This document shows positions 19,664-29,824 of a stretch of 64,000 nucleotides of DNA, in pieces. Below the pieces are notes generated by a model that worked only from the letters and a program-made list of their open reading frames with translations, was not told the origin of the DNA and made no database searches. The DNA comes from Armatimonadota bacterium (GTDB taxonomy: Bacteria; Armatimonadota; HRBIN16): positions 1,536,001-1,600,000 of the forward strand of contig OY781964.1 of NCBI GenBank assembly GCA_963677485.1, written 5' to 3'. Numbering within the stretch: position 1 is the stretch's first letter; every line of letters begins with the position of its first letter. A program made the position numbers and the translations under genes.

Positions 19664-22600
19664 CTACCGCAGCACGATGCTCACCGCCAGCAACTGGTCG
19701 GCAAGCAGCGTCAAAGGAGCCGCCAGGGTGATGCTCACCAGACCATCCGCCACACGATAGCTGCTCTTAAGCACTACCCCGTTGAGGCTGAGCTTCACGG
19801 ACTTCACAACGCGACCAGCATAAGCCTGCAGCACCATCTGCCGTAACCCGAAACTGCCGCTGGCCAGCCGGATTTGCGCCACCTGCTGACCGTCAGTCAC
19901 GCTCTGTGAGAACAGCCCGTATCCCTGCGGCACAGGGAAGAAGCTGCGGTGATCCTGCGGCTGCCACTGAAGTTTGAAGCCGAGTATCCCACTAGGCCCG
20001 TCCAGGATCAAGCCCTGGCTGGCGGGGATCATCGACCAACTGCTCAACGCACGGCCATAGAACTTGCCGCACTCATCGTCGCCAAACGGGTTGCCGCTAT
20101 ATCCCCAGCACACACTTGAGCTCGCGTTCATACCGGTGCGCAGCATACCGTCATAGCGGTCAGCGGCTGTCTTTACCACACGGTAGCCCTGCTCAAGATC
20201 ACCATTCTGAACCATCGCCGCGGCGGCACTGTATTCAAAGCCGCTCATCACCTCGGGCGATCCGGGCGTCGACAGGGCCGGCCGGTTATTTTTCGGCCAG
20301 ATGATCATCTGCAAACCGCCGTCGTAGCTCGCCACATAACCGCGGCCCTGTTCGCGGTCGCCCATGTGAGGCTGGAAGTTGTGCTTGAAGAGCGCTTTCA
20401 CGGCCTTCTTGACGTGCGCACGCGGGTAGACGTCACCCAGATGCAGCAGATCCGCCCACCACTGGCCCAGCACCTGATCGATGCTGCAGCCGTCGTTGTA
20501 GTCATACAGCGGCTCAGGTCCGGGTATCTGCAGGTAGTATTCGCCGTTGAACAGCCTCTCGCCCTGGTTGGTATACCCCTTACGGGCGATGGCCTCATAC
20601 CGGGTGGACGCGGGATCGCCGCTTATGTCCGCCATCCGAGCACAGGCCTTCAGAGCCGCCAGATATAATGAACCTATCCAACTGCTGCAGCCGCCCAGAG
20701 AGCTGTCCAGCGTGTCCCACTGTGGACCGCTCATGTAGCCATCTTCATCGGCGTCCCAGGTCTTGATAGCCCATTCCATGGTGGGCTTCAAAATGCGCCA
20801 GTTCTTCTTCAGCCATGCCGCGTTGGGGCTCAACAGGTGTTCACGGTAGGTTCCCAGCACGCAGCCGAACAGGCCATCGGCGGCTGGAAAATACCCCTCG
20901 GCGATGCGGTGCGGCAGACTGCCGTCGCGCTTGATGTTGTGGATTTCCTGCTCACGCATCATGCGTCCGAGTTCGGGGAAGAGCCAGGCCTGCCCCTGCG
21001 CGTAGTGCCACACATGCAGGCAGTTGCCCTCGCAGCAGCCGGAGCCCGATTCCAGGCAGCCCTCCCACATGCCGAAGAATCCGCTGCGGCTCCAGAAGCA
21101 GGTCTTGCTGACCAGAACCGCGAGCTGCGAACTGGCGCGGTCCAGGATGTAGCGGGGCAGGTTACTGCTGTAGAGAGTGTCGTGGTAGAGCTTGGTCTCG
21201 TGCGTCAGCCTCTCCAGGTTGGATAACGCCCAGTGGGCCACCTGCTGGCTGTTCCTCCACTTCGTCTCGTAGCAGTTGCCATCAAACGTCCATTTGCTGG
21301 CGCGGTTTGGGCTGCCGTTCACGGCACCTGGGAAATACCAGCCCAGCGAAAAGCTGATCGTCTTCGCCTCGCCCGGTCCCAGGCTGATGGGCACTTCGAG
21401 GGCACCATCGAGCGTGGAGCCGTTGGGTGTCGGACCGGCATGGTTGAGAGCTTGGATCGGTCTTGCCAACTCGGTGTGGTCATTCACCGAGGCGCGTCCC
21501 GTCGCGTTGCCGTTCACGGCCAGGCTCATATTGCCGTCGGGGCCACTCATCACCAGCGTGGTGATGCCGTTCTGATGCGTGATCTCATTGGTATTCTGAC
21601 CATATGCGGGGTGCTGCAGTGTTTTCGGCGACATCCCCTCGCGCTGACCAACCGGATTACGGTGCAGGCCAAGCAGGCGTAGGCTGACCGGCTTGGTGGT
21701 GGTGTTGCGCAGCGTGAAGCGGAAGATCACCACAGGGTTGCTGGAGTCCTTCAGGTCACCGGGGATGAACGGGTTGAAGGCGTTCATGGTCACCTCTACC
21801 GGCAGGCCCTTCTCGCCGAACGTCCATTCGCACCATGGGTATTCGCCGCGGAAGCTCTCCGGCGACCAGGCCTTGAAGGCACCCTCATCAGTGCCCTGCA
21901 GAGCGCGGAGCTGGGTCCGGTTGCCCACCTTCATGGCAAGACCGAAAAAGCTGTTCGGCACTCTGTTCTGGCTGAAGTTGTTGAAGGTCTGATAGACCCG
22001 CTCACCGTGCCCGGTGATCTGGATGCATCCTGAGCCGATTCCACCCAGCGGCACACTGATGGCATCGAGGTATCGCCCGGTATACACCCGCTGCTGGCCG
22101 GTCACCAGCAGCTTCTTTGGATCGGCGTTATCCTGGCGGAGTTTGTCACGGTAGGCCGTCTCGGTTTCGAGTTTGGTTTTGGCCTCCAGCCACGTTTGGC
22201 GCACAAGCTTAGCCGCTTTGGCGTTCAAGTCCGGCCTGAGACGGCCATTGATGCGCACATTGTCCACATGGATATGCGCCCAGGAGCCTTTCGCCATATC
22301 TACCATTTTAATGAATAGAGGCTGATTCTTGAGGGCACTCACGTCCCACTCGGTATCATACAGCCGCTCTTCATTGCGCCCCCTGACCACCATCAGCTCA
22401 TGGCCCTGCATGTCACAAAGTGCCAGATAGACCGCACCGTTCATGCCACCACCCACCATCAGCTTGATGATCCCGCCATGCGACTCAAACACCGGTGACA
22501 CCACAATCGCGGTCTGGTTATCGTCGCAGTTGCCCAGCGCATCGGTGTCGAGTGTCGACAGGTGGTATTTGCCCTGCCTGGGGAACGGGGTATCGGGCAC

Positions 22601-22768
22601 ATTCCGCGCGTTGGGGTTGCACGAAACCGGGTAAGCCAGGCTCCCGACAGCAACACTCCAACCTTGCATGGTGCCGTCCTCGAAATCCCACACGATGGCC
22701 GTGGTCTCAGGGTTCGAGCTGGTCGCTGTGATGTTCTGCGATGATATGATCTGGGCGTTATCACTCAT
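19664..22768 (-). CDS. GH116 family (non-lysosomal glucosylceramidase-like) glycoside hydrolase with extra N-terminal jelly-roll domain
   Basis: PLGGIGSG, FRGEYP, AFNPFIPGD..DSS.P, GCCEGNCLHVWHYAQ, WDTLD, LFNGEYY, DQVLGQWWA, GNPFGDDECGKFYGRALSSW. Confidence 0.88.
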   Translation of the reverse strand: MSDNAQIISSQNITATSSNPETTAIVWDFEDGTMQGWSVAVGSLAYPVSCNPNARNVPDTPFPRQGKYHLSTLDTDALGNCDDNQTAIVVSPVFESHGGIIKLMVGGGMNGAVYLALCDMQGHELMVVRGRNEERLYDTEWDVSALKNQPLFIKMVDMAKGSWAHIHVDNVRINGRLRPDLNAKAAKLVRQTWLEAKTKLETETAYRDKLRQDNADPKKLLVTGQQRVYTGRYLDAISVPLGGIGSGCIQITGHGERVYQTFNNFSQNRVPNSFFGLAMKVGNRTQLRALQGTDEGAFKAWSPESFRGEYPWCEWTFGEKGLPVEVTMNAFNPFIPGDLKDSSNPVVIFRFTLRNTTTKPVSLRLLGLHRNPVGQREGMSPKTLQHPAYGQNTNEITHQNGITTLVMSGPDGNMSLAVNGNATGRASVNDHTELARPIQALNHAGPTPNGSTLDGALEVPISLGPGEAKTISFSLGWYFPGAVNGSPNRASKWTFDGNCYETKWRNSQQVAHWALSNLERLTHETKLYHDTLYSSNLPRYILDRASSQLAVLVSKTCFWSRSGFFGMWEGCLESGSGCCEGNCLHVWHYAQGQAWLFPELGRMMREQEIHNIKRDGSLPHRIAEGYFPAADGLFGCVLGTYREHLLSPNAAWLKKNWRILKPTMEWAIKTWDADEDGYMSGPQWDTLDSSLGGCSSWIGSLYLAALKACARMADISGDPASTRYEAIARKGYTNQGERLFNGEYYLQIPGPEPLYDYNDGCSIDQVLGQWWADLLHLGDVYPRAHVKKAVKALFKHNFQPHMGDREQGRGYVASYDGGLQMIIWPKNNRPALSTPGSPEVMSGFEYSAAAAMVQNGDLEQGYRVVKTAADRYDGMLRTGMNASSSVCWGYSGNPFGDDECGKFYGRALSSWSMIPASQGLILDGPSGILGFKLQWQPQDHRSFFPVPQGYGLFSQSVTDGQQVAQIRLASGSFGLRQMVLQAYAGRVVKSVKLSLNGVVLKSSYRVADGLVSITLAAPLTLLADQLLAVSIVLR

Positions 22769-22804
22769 GTGTGGCTGTGTCTCCTTACGAGGGGATAGTT
22801 AGTG

Positions 22805-22952
22805 ACAAGCATCGGCCCGTGCTTGCACGGCAGCCCAGGCTGTAACTGAACTATCGTAGGGGCGTCCCTTGTGGGCGCCCTAATCGTTGTTTGTGCGACA
22901 ATAATTGTTTAGGGCGCCCACAAGGGACGCCCTAAGATGACTAACTTACAAG
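22805..22952 (+). repeat. ~150-bp REPIN-like element, copy 1
   Basis: CCCGTGCTTGCACGG hairpin, inverted GTAGGGGCGTCCCTTGTGGGCGCCCTA pair, then ACTTACAAG; further copies at 41162 and 54562. Confidence 0.88.
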
Positions 22953-23004
22953 ACCGGGCCGGTCGACAGTGTTTTGATGAGCAGATTAATGACCGTACCG
23001 GGAT

Positions 23005-23138
23005 TTTGTCTGAACCACGGATTACACGGATGACACGGATAGGTTCAGATGGAAAAGGGAGGCCAATCAGGAGATTGGCGTTCCCAGGGCTGGGCCATTT
23101 GTTGGCATTCCCATCCGTGTCATCCGTGGTTCAGACGG
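23005..23138. repeat. Inverted pair of TCTGAACCACGGAT periodic repeats around a REP
   Basis: GTCTGAACCACGGATTACACGGATGACACGGAT ... ATCCGTGTCATCCGTGGTTCAGAC. Confidence 0.8.
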
Positions 23139-23143
23139 CTGCC

Positions 23144-26100
23144 TTATCGCAGTGCGATGTTCGCCGTCAGAACATGACCGGCACTGAGCTTCAGCGGTTC
23201 GGCCAGTTTGATGGTGATCTGACCGTTCTGCACACGGTAGCTGCTCTTCAGCAACACGCCGTTGATGATGAGCTTGACCGACTTCACGCCGCGGCCAGCG
23301 TATGCCTGAAGCACGATCTGCTTCAGCTCGATGCCGCCCGCCGTCATGCGGATGGTGTCATTCTGCAGACCATCGCGCACGGTCTGGGTAAACAGCCCGT
23401 AGCCCTGCGGCACGGGGAAGAAGCTGCGGTGATCTTGCGGCTGCCACTGAGGGTTGAAGCCGAGTATCCCCTTGGGGCCGTCCAGGATCAGACCCTGGCT
23501 GGCGGGCACCATCGACCAGCTGCTCAATGCACGGCCATAGAACTTGCCGCACTCGTCATCGCCGAATGGGTTGCCGCTGTAGCCCCAACTGGCGGTGTTC
23601 CCGCCCGTCAGGTCGTCGCGCAGGTAGCCGTCGTAGCGGTCAGCAATCGCCTTCACCACACCGTAGCCCTGCTCCACATCGCCGTTCTGCACCATGGCAG
23701 AGGCAGCACTGTATTCAAAGCCCGACATGCATTCGCTGGCGTAGGGGATGGTCACAGCCGGCGGGTTGTTCTTCGGCCAAATCACCATCTGTGTGCCGCC
23801 ATCAAAGTCGGCCACGAATTTGCGCGGAGCCTGCACACGGCCAGCCATTAGTGGATGGAAGTTGTATTTATAGATGGCACGCACGGCCTTCTTGACCCTC
23901 GCCCTTGGGTAGACATCGCCCAGATGGAGCAAGTCGGCCCACCACTGGCCCAGAACCTGGTCGATGATGCTGCCGTCATTGTAGTCGTTGCGCGGGGTGG
24001 GACCAGGAATCTGGAGGTAGTATTCGCCGTTGAACAGCTTGTCGCCCTGGTTGACATATCCCTTGCGGAAGATCGCCTCATATCGGGCAGCCGCACTGTG
24101 GTCGCCGCAGATGGAGGCCATCTGCACACAGGCCTTCAAAGCCGCCAGATACATCGAGCCCAGCCAACTGCTACAGCCGTCCAGCGCACTGTCGAGCGTG
24201 TTCCACTGCGGGCCGCTCATATAGCCGTCCTCATCGGGGTCCCAGGTTTTGATGGACCAGTCCATGGCGGGTTTCAGCTTGGCCCAGTTCTTCTTCAGCC
24301 AGTTCTCGTTGGGACTAAGCAGATGCTCGCGGTAGGTGCCCAAAATGCAGCCATACAGACCGTCGGCGGCGGGGGCATGGCCCTCGGCAATGCGGTGCGG
24401 CAGCATACCATCCGGTTTGATGTTGCCCATCTCCTGAACGCGCATCATGCGGCCGAGTTCGGGGAAGAGCCAAGCGTGGCCTTGAGCATAATGCCACACA
24501 TGGAGGCAGTTACCCTCACAGCAGCCGGAGCCAGCTTCGCAGCAGCCCTCCCACATGCCGAAGAAACCGCTGCGACTCCAGAAACAGGTCTTGCTGACCA
24601 GAATGGCCAACTGCGAACTGGCGCGGTCCAGGATGTATCGAGGCAGGTTACTGCTGTAAAGAGTGTCGTGGAAGAGCTTGGTCTCTTTTACCAGCCGCTC
24701 GAGGTTGCCCAAAGCCCAGTTGGTCACCTGCTGGCTGTTTTTCCATTTGGTCTCGTAGAAGTTGCCATCAAATGTCCATCGGCTGGCGCGCACCGGGCTG
24801 CCGTTCACGGCACCTGGGAAGAACCATGCCAGCGCAAAGCTCACGGTCTTCGCCTCGCCGGGTTGCAAGCTGATGGGAACCTCCAGCGCACCGTCTATCG
24901 TGGAGCCGTTGGGGGTAGGCCCGGCTTGGTTTTGGGCGGACATCGGCCTGGCCAACTCGGCGTTGTCGCGTAGCGAAGCGCAGCCCTTCACGTTGCCGTT
25001 CACTGCCAGGCTCATGTTGCCATCGGGCCCGCTCATGTACAGGCTGGTCAGTGCGTTCTGGTGCCGGATTTCGTTGCTGTTCTGGCCGTAAGTGGGATGC
25101 TCTTTGCTCTCAGGTGCGATGCTGTCGCGCTGCCCCACCGCGTTGCGATGCACGCCCAGCAAGCGCAGGCTCACAGCCTTGTCGGTCGTGTTGCGCAGCG
25201 TGAAGCGGAAGATCACCACAGGGTTGCTGGAGTCCTTCAGGTTTCCAGGGATGAACGGGCTGAAGGCGTTCATGGTGACCTCAACAGGCAGGCCCTTTTC
25301 GCGGAACTCCCACCCGCACCAGGGATACTCCCCGCGGAAGCTCTCCGGTGTCCAGCCCTTGAAGGCGCCCTCATCCTTCGCTTTCAAGGCGCGGAGCTGG
25401 GTTTTTCCGCCCACATTCATCGCCAGACCGAAAAAGCTGTTCGGCACTTTGTTGTAGCTGAAGTTATTGAAGGTCTGGTATACCCGCTCACCATGACCCG
25501 TGATTTGAATACAGCCTGAGCCGATCCCGCCTACAGGCACACTGATCGCCTTAAGGTATTTACCGGTATAGATTCGCTGGGAGCCGGTCGCCATCAGCTT
25601 TTTGGGGTCCGCGTTCTCTTTACGCAGCGCGTTTCGACTGGTCATCTCTTTCTTCGCTTCGATATTCACATCTTGCCAATGATCCTGCACCAGCTTGGCC
25701 GCTTTGGCATTTAGCTCAGGCCGAAGCACACCATTGATATGCACATCGTCCACATGGATATGCGACCAGGAGCCCTTACCCAAATCCACCATCTTGATGA
25801 ACAGCGGAGTGTTTTTGTATTTTTTCACATCCCAGATGACTTCACTCAGCTTCTCTTCGTTGCGACCCCTGGCCACATAGAGCTCATTCCCCTGCAAGTC
25901 ACACAGCGCCACGTAGGTCGGTTTGCTCACGCCGCCGCCCACCAACAGCTTGATGATATCCGTGTGAGTATCGAAAACAGGTGATATCACAATAGCGGTT
26001 TGGTCGTCATTGTAGCCGCCGACATCGTCGGTATCCAGGGTGGTGAGGTGGTATTTGCCCTGCCTGGGGAAGGGGGTATTTGGTGTGTTGCGCGCATTGG

Positions 26101-26257
26101 GGCAGCACGAAACCGGGTGAGTCAGCTTGCCCACCACGATCTGCCATCCCTGCATGGTGCCATCCTCGAAGTCCCACACAATCGCCGTAGTCTTCTGGTT
26201 ATTTGTGTTCATCGCGATATTCTGCGGCTTGATGAGCTTGTTGTCTTTAGATGCCAT
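23144..26257 (-). CDS. GH116 family glycoside hydrolase, tandem paralog
   Basis: Colinear and highly similar to 19664-22768; start moved to ATG 26257, downstream of a GAGGAG RBS. Confidence 0.88.
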   Translation of the reverse strand: MASKDNKLIKPQNIAMNTNNQKTTAIVWDFEDGTMQGWQIVVGKLTHPVSCCPNARNTPNTPFPRQGKYHLTTLDTDDVGGYNDDQTAIVISPVFDTHTDIIKLLVGGGVSKPTYVALCDLQGNELYVARGRNEEKLSEVIWDVKKYKNTPLFIKMVDLGKGSWSHIHVDDVHINGVLRPELNAKAAKLVQDHWQDVNIEAKKEMTSRNALRKENADPKKLMATGSQRIYTGKYLKAISVPVGGIGSGCIQITGHGERVYQTFNNFSYNKVPNSFFGLAMNVGGKTQLRALKAKDEGAFKGWTPESFRGEYPWCGWEFREKGLPVEVTMNAFSPFIPGNLKDSSNPVVIFRFTLRNTTDKAVSLRLLGVHRNAVGQRDSIAPESKEHPTYGQNSNEIRHQNALTSLYMSGPDGNMSLAVNGNVKGCASLRDNAELARPMSAQNQAGPTPNGSTIDGALEVPISLQPGEAKTVSFALAWFFPGAVNGSPVRASRWTFDGNFYETKWKNSQQVTNWALGNLERLVKETKLFHDTLYSSNLPRYILDRASSQLAILVSKTCFWSRSGFFGMWEGCCEAGSGCCEGNCLHVWHYAQGHAWLFPELGRMMRVQEMGNIKPDGMLPHRIAEGHAPAADGLYGCILGTYREHLLSPNENWLKKNWAKLKPAMDWSIKTWDPDEDGYMSGPQWNTLDSALDGCSSWLGSMYLAALKACVQMASICGDHSAAARYEAIFRKGYVNQGDKLFNGEYYLQIPGPTPRNDYNDGSIIDQVLGQWWADLLHLGDVYPRARVKKAVRAIYKYNFHPLMAGRVQAPRKFVADFDGGTQMVIWPKNNPPAVTIPYASECMSGFEYSAASAMVQNGDVEQGYGVVKAIADRYDGYLRDDLTGGNTASWGYSGNPFGDDECGKFYGRALSSWSMVPASQGLILDGPKGILGFNPQWQPQDHRSFFPVPQGYGLFTQTVRDGLQNDTIRMTAGGIELKQIVLQAYAGRGVKSVKLIINGVLLKSSYRVQNGQITIKLAEPLKLSAGHVLTANIALR

Positions 26258-26356
26258 GATTGCTCTTGATCTCCTCGATGAAGGGTATATTGGTATTACT
26301 ATACCAGACCTTAGTGTGGGCAGGGCCAATCCACGTGGGATTGTCGGCGTTCGTCG

Positions 26357-26642
26357 GTAGGGGCGGGGTCACCCCGCCCCAAGGCGCGGAAACCCCGCCC
26401 CTACAACGGCCTACCTGCAACAGGGCAGGCACGGAGGCCTGCCCCTACACATGGGGCACCGCACGCGATGCCCCTGGGCACGTCTATCTCCCGATTGGCA
26501 TTTCCATTCCCATCTGAACCCATCGGTGTCATCCGTTTAATCCGTGGTTCAGACGATCAGGGGTGATCGCCGATCGCCCCTACAACGGCCTGCCTGGGAC
26601 AGGGCAGGCACGGGGGCCTGTGCCCCTCGCGATGCCCCTACC
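26357..26642. repeat. Cluster of GTAG-type REP hairpins (BIME-like)
   Basis: GTAGGGGCGGGGTCACCCCGCCC, GGGCAGGCACGGAGGCCTGCCCCTAC, GGGTGATCGCCGATCGCCCCTAC; internal duplication of CCCCTACAACGGCCT..CTG..ACAGGGCAGGCACGG. Confidence 0.85.
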
Positions 26643-26651
26643 GTCAGATGG

Positions 26652-29609
26652 CTACTTCACGAAGTAGAGCCAGCGCTGGTTGTGCTTGGGCTCCAGCTTG
26701 ATGGAAACCACGCCACCCTTGCGGGTATAGCTGATCTCCTCACCCTTGCTTCCGGGTTTGGGGCCTTCGCAGTAGAGTTTGGCCCCCTGGGGAGCCAGCC
26801 CGGCGGGCACATTTGCCACAGCACCCTGAGGCGCGTGAACACGGACCATGCTAACAGCACCATCGGGCACCTGGCGGTTTTGGGGAACCGGCGCGAAAGC
26901 GATGTGTTCCACCGGCTTGTCCGTCAGTTTCAATCTCTGACCATCAATCACCAGATCTGTGGCGGTGCCGCCAGAGAACGCCTCCAGGCCTCCCTTCCCG
27001 GTCTTGAAGCAGAGCGAGCCGCTGATGGTGCCACTGACCACATGGCCGTCGACGTGGTAGTTCTTCAACGTGATGGCGCCTGACTGCAGGTTCAGCCGTT
27101 TCATTGTCTCGACATCAGCCTTCGGATCACGTGCGAAACCGCCTTCCCAGCTCTCTTCCAGATCCTTCAGATGGTCCACTATCGCTACCGCGCCATTGGG
27201 GAAGCGGGTGACGAAGTATGGCGTGGTCCGGCTGAGATACTCAGGGTTGTCGTTGATGCCTGCAAACCTGCCAGTGGAAGGATAGGCACCGATTCTGGTC
27301 AGTGTGTCAAACCAGTATCGAGTCTCGTATCCCAGGCTGCCGGCCTGGTCATCACGCGGTCGGAAGCCCAGGAAGATAGCCATTCCACCATTTCGACCGG
27401 GTTTGATCGTGCCCACGGTCTGCTTCGCGACGGTGGCCAGCAGCGTGGTGCCTGACTTCAGTGAGACGGGGTAGACGCGGTCTACCGTCTTGTCTGTCAG
27501 GATGGTCATCTCTGGCAGACCGTTCAAAATGCCCGTAAACTGCACACGCTTGCCGTTGGCGGTCTGGCCCAGCATGGTGCCAGGATCGACATTCACACCG
27601 AACAGGGTCTGCCAGTATGGCAGCGCGGAGTCGCCCTCGGCAGTCAGTATGGGGATGGGGCCGCTCCAGACCAGCTTGCCGCCGGAGTCCACAAACCCAG
27701 ACATCAGCTGAAGCAGCTTCTTGCTGGGGAATGGCTCAAAATGCACGCAGAGGGTGGTGTATTTGTAGCCCATGATCTCGATGGAGCCGGCATTCCACTT
27801 CGCCAGTTCCAGCAGTTTTTGCTGCGTGATGTAGTTGGTATAGGCATACTGGGTCATCCAACTGCCGAACCGCTCATCCCATGCGTGAAGGTTAATTGGG
27901 TAGAGGGTCAGCACATCGGTGCGGCGGTGCTGCATGTTCTGCACGACGCCAAACAGAGCGTTGCCAGAGGCTCCCACGGCGTTGGCCAACATCCAGCGCT
28001 TCTGTGACAGCTCACCGGGCATACCCCAGTGGGCAGCATAGGCGTTGGAGACATCGTTGATGCTGCCCAGCGAACAAGCCAACGACAGCCCCCAGTAGTT
28101 ACGGTCAAGGAAGCCGCCCTCTGCGGTGTCGTTGCCGTTACCGGTGAGGTAATCTCCCCACTTAAAGTAGTCCGCGCAGGCTGCGGCGGCTTGTTGTACT
28201 GTGCAGCTCCAGATGAAGCTGTCGGTATACTCATATTTGCTGCCGTTGTTCATCACATAGTCGCAGGTGGGGCTTTCCGCCCAGGTGGCATGTGCCCTGG
28301 ATTCCAGTTTATGGCCCATCTTTTGCTCAGCATAGTGCTTGGCATCCGTGAAGATGTCGGTCACCTGGTCCTGCAGCAGTCTGAAATAGCGCGACCGGAA
28401 CAAGGCGGCCTCCGCCACACCGTTGGGTGTGTTGGCCGTGACATGGCCATTGGTGGCTTTAGCCCAGGTGCCCACGGACATGTCATGCTGCCCGGACTCC
28501 ATGTAGACCATCATCTTTTCCATATCGCGGTATTTGTCGCCATAGAGCTGCGCGAACTTCGCCGCCATATTGTCGGTGAGGTATCGCAGTGCGAACTCGC
28601 CGTTGTCATGGTGAGCAACGTAGGACCAGTCCTGCTGGATGTGCATCTCGTCGCTGTAAAGCGCGTTGAGTTTCACGCCGGCTGCGGCGTATTTGTCAAT
28701 GATCTGCTTCATGAACAGCGGGGCGGCCGGGCTGAAGTAGTCCATTTCGGGTGTTTTGTAGCGCTGAATGACCAGCACACGGTTGTAGTCTTTGAGATCG
28801 GTGCGGCCGGTGCCGGAGACGACGACCCGCTGCACCGGAATCCCTCCGCCCTGGGTGCTGATGCCGGAGCTCTCATCCACCTTGGCGGTTTCGGAGATAT
28901 CGATGATCTCATCGGGGTTGACGGCCAGATTACCGGAGCTATCCGCTTCGCGGAAGGCCAGAACGCGGATGCCGTCGGGCACGATGTCGATGATGCCTTT
29001 ATTGTTGGTCCACTGCTTCTGCCGCCAGAAGGCCACATTGTAGTTGCCGGTGGAGGCATCTCGGCTGCCCTCACGGTAGTGAACCCATCGGCCGGCTTGG
29101 CCCGTCTTCTTGGCGAAGACCACACCCAGCTCCAGCGGACTGATCACGCTCAGCTCAAGCCCCAGACCGTAGCCCTGGGCAAAAGCTCCGATCTTGGCGA
29201 TGCGAGATATGAACTCATCGCTATCGGAGGTGTATTGCCTTGGGGCGTGCTGCCCTGGCCGATATTGGGCGAAGAAATGGTCATAGGCCACAATCAGGGT
29301 GCGGGAACCCATGTTTTTGGCCTCTTCGCACACTTGCCGCAGACTGCGCTCATATTTGTCAAAGGTGCAAGAAAGGTCAACCACCTTATCTGGGTTCTGC
29401 AGGTCATCGAGGTTGGCATCGCTGACCAGGATGATGGATGGCCTGGGCAGTTCAAACGCGTAAGCTCCGGGGAAGGTTAGCAGCTCACCCTTATACAGGT
29501 TCTCGGGCACGCCGCTATCGGCCGCTCGCGCCGGTTTGCAGGCCGTCAGAGCCAGAACGGCCATGAACAGCACGGCGATGACAAAGATAACTTCATTGAT
29601 CGGTTGCAT
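26652..29609 (-). CDS. Large secreted hypothetical protein, possibly glycoside hydrolase-like
   Basis: AGGAGG RBS before ATG 29609; signal peptide; LYSDEMH; glutamine-amidotransferase-like segment FVDSGGKLVW. Confidence 0.6.
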   Translation of the reverse strand: MQPINEVIFVIAVLFMAVLALTACKPARAADSGVPENLYKGELLTFPGAYAFELPRPSIILVSDANLDDLQNPDKVVDLSCTFDKYERSLRQVCEEAKNMGSRTLIVAYDHFFAQYRPGQHAPRQYTSDSDEFISRIAKIGAFAQGYGLGLELSVISPLELGVVFAKKTGQAGRWVHYREGSRDASTGNYNVAFWRQKQWTNNKGIIDIVPDGIRVLAFREADSSGNLAVNPDEIIDISETAKVDESSGISTQGGGIPVQRVVVSGTGRTDLKDYNRVLVIQRYKTPEMDYFSPAAPLFMKQIIDKYAAAGVKLNALYSDEMHIQQDWSYVAHHDNGEFALRYLTDNMAAKFAQLYGDKYRDMEKMMVYMESGQHDMSVGTWAKATNGHVTANTPNGVAEAALFRSRYFRLLQDQVTDIFTDAKHYAEQKMGHKLESRAHATWAESPTCDYVMNNGSKYEYTDSFIWSCTVQQAAAACADYFKWGDYLTGNGNDTAEGGFLDRNYWGLSLACSLGSINDVSNAYAAHWGMPGELSQKRWMLANAVGASGNALFGVVQNMQHRRTDVLTLYPINLHAWDERFGSWMTQYAYTNYITQQKLLELAKWNAGSIEIMGYKYTTLCVHFEPFPSKKLLQLMSGFVDSGGKLVWSGPIPILTAEGDSALPYWQTLFGVNVDPGTMLGQTANGKRVQFTGILNGLPEMTILTDKTVDRVYPVSLKSGTTLLATVAKQTVGTIKPGRNGGMAIFLGFRPRDDQAGSLGYETRYWFDTLTRIGAYPSTGRFAGINDNPEYLSRTTPYFVTRFPNGAVAIVDHLKDLEESWEGGFARDPKADVETMKRLNLQSGAITLKNYHVDGHVVSGTISGSLCFKTGKGGLEAFSGGTATDLVIDGQRLKLTDKPVEHIAFAPVPQNRQVPDGAVSMVRVHAPQGAVANVPAGLAPQGAKLYCEGPKPGSKGEEISYTRKGGVVSIKLEPKHNQRWLYFVK

Positions 29610-29749
29610 CAAAGTGCATCCTCCTGGGATCACCCACAGAAAGGGGTGTTGGTTTGGTTAGTGTTCACTGTGGGTAGCGGTGTTTCCTGCCCAGGCTGCT
29701 GGAGGTTGCCGGGAGTGCGGAGGATTTTGGCGGGTGAGGCGATGGATGG

Positions 29750-29812
29750 CCTCGCCCCACGGCATGAATGCCACTGCTAATTTAACGAAAAGCCGGCTTG
29801 AAGCCGGCTGGG
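29750..29812. repeat. Two-hairpin REP-like element (IS200/RAYT-type end architecture, tentative)
   Basis: CCACGGCATGAATGCCACTGCTA...AGCCGGCTTGAAGCCGGCT; same architecture as 41361-41414. Confidence 0.6.
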
Positions 29813-29824
29813 GGAGGTGGTCGC

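Noticed and set aside
22937-23851. 304-aa plus-strand ORF
   Set aside because: Starts in repeats and runs antisense to GH116; shadow ORF.
28029-29480. 483-aa antisense ORF (likewise 47971-49131, 51729-53132, 55690-56943, 23855-24973)
   Set aside because: Antisense shadows of high-GC3 genes, with no recognisable motifs.
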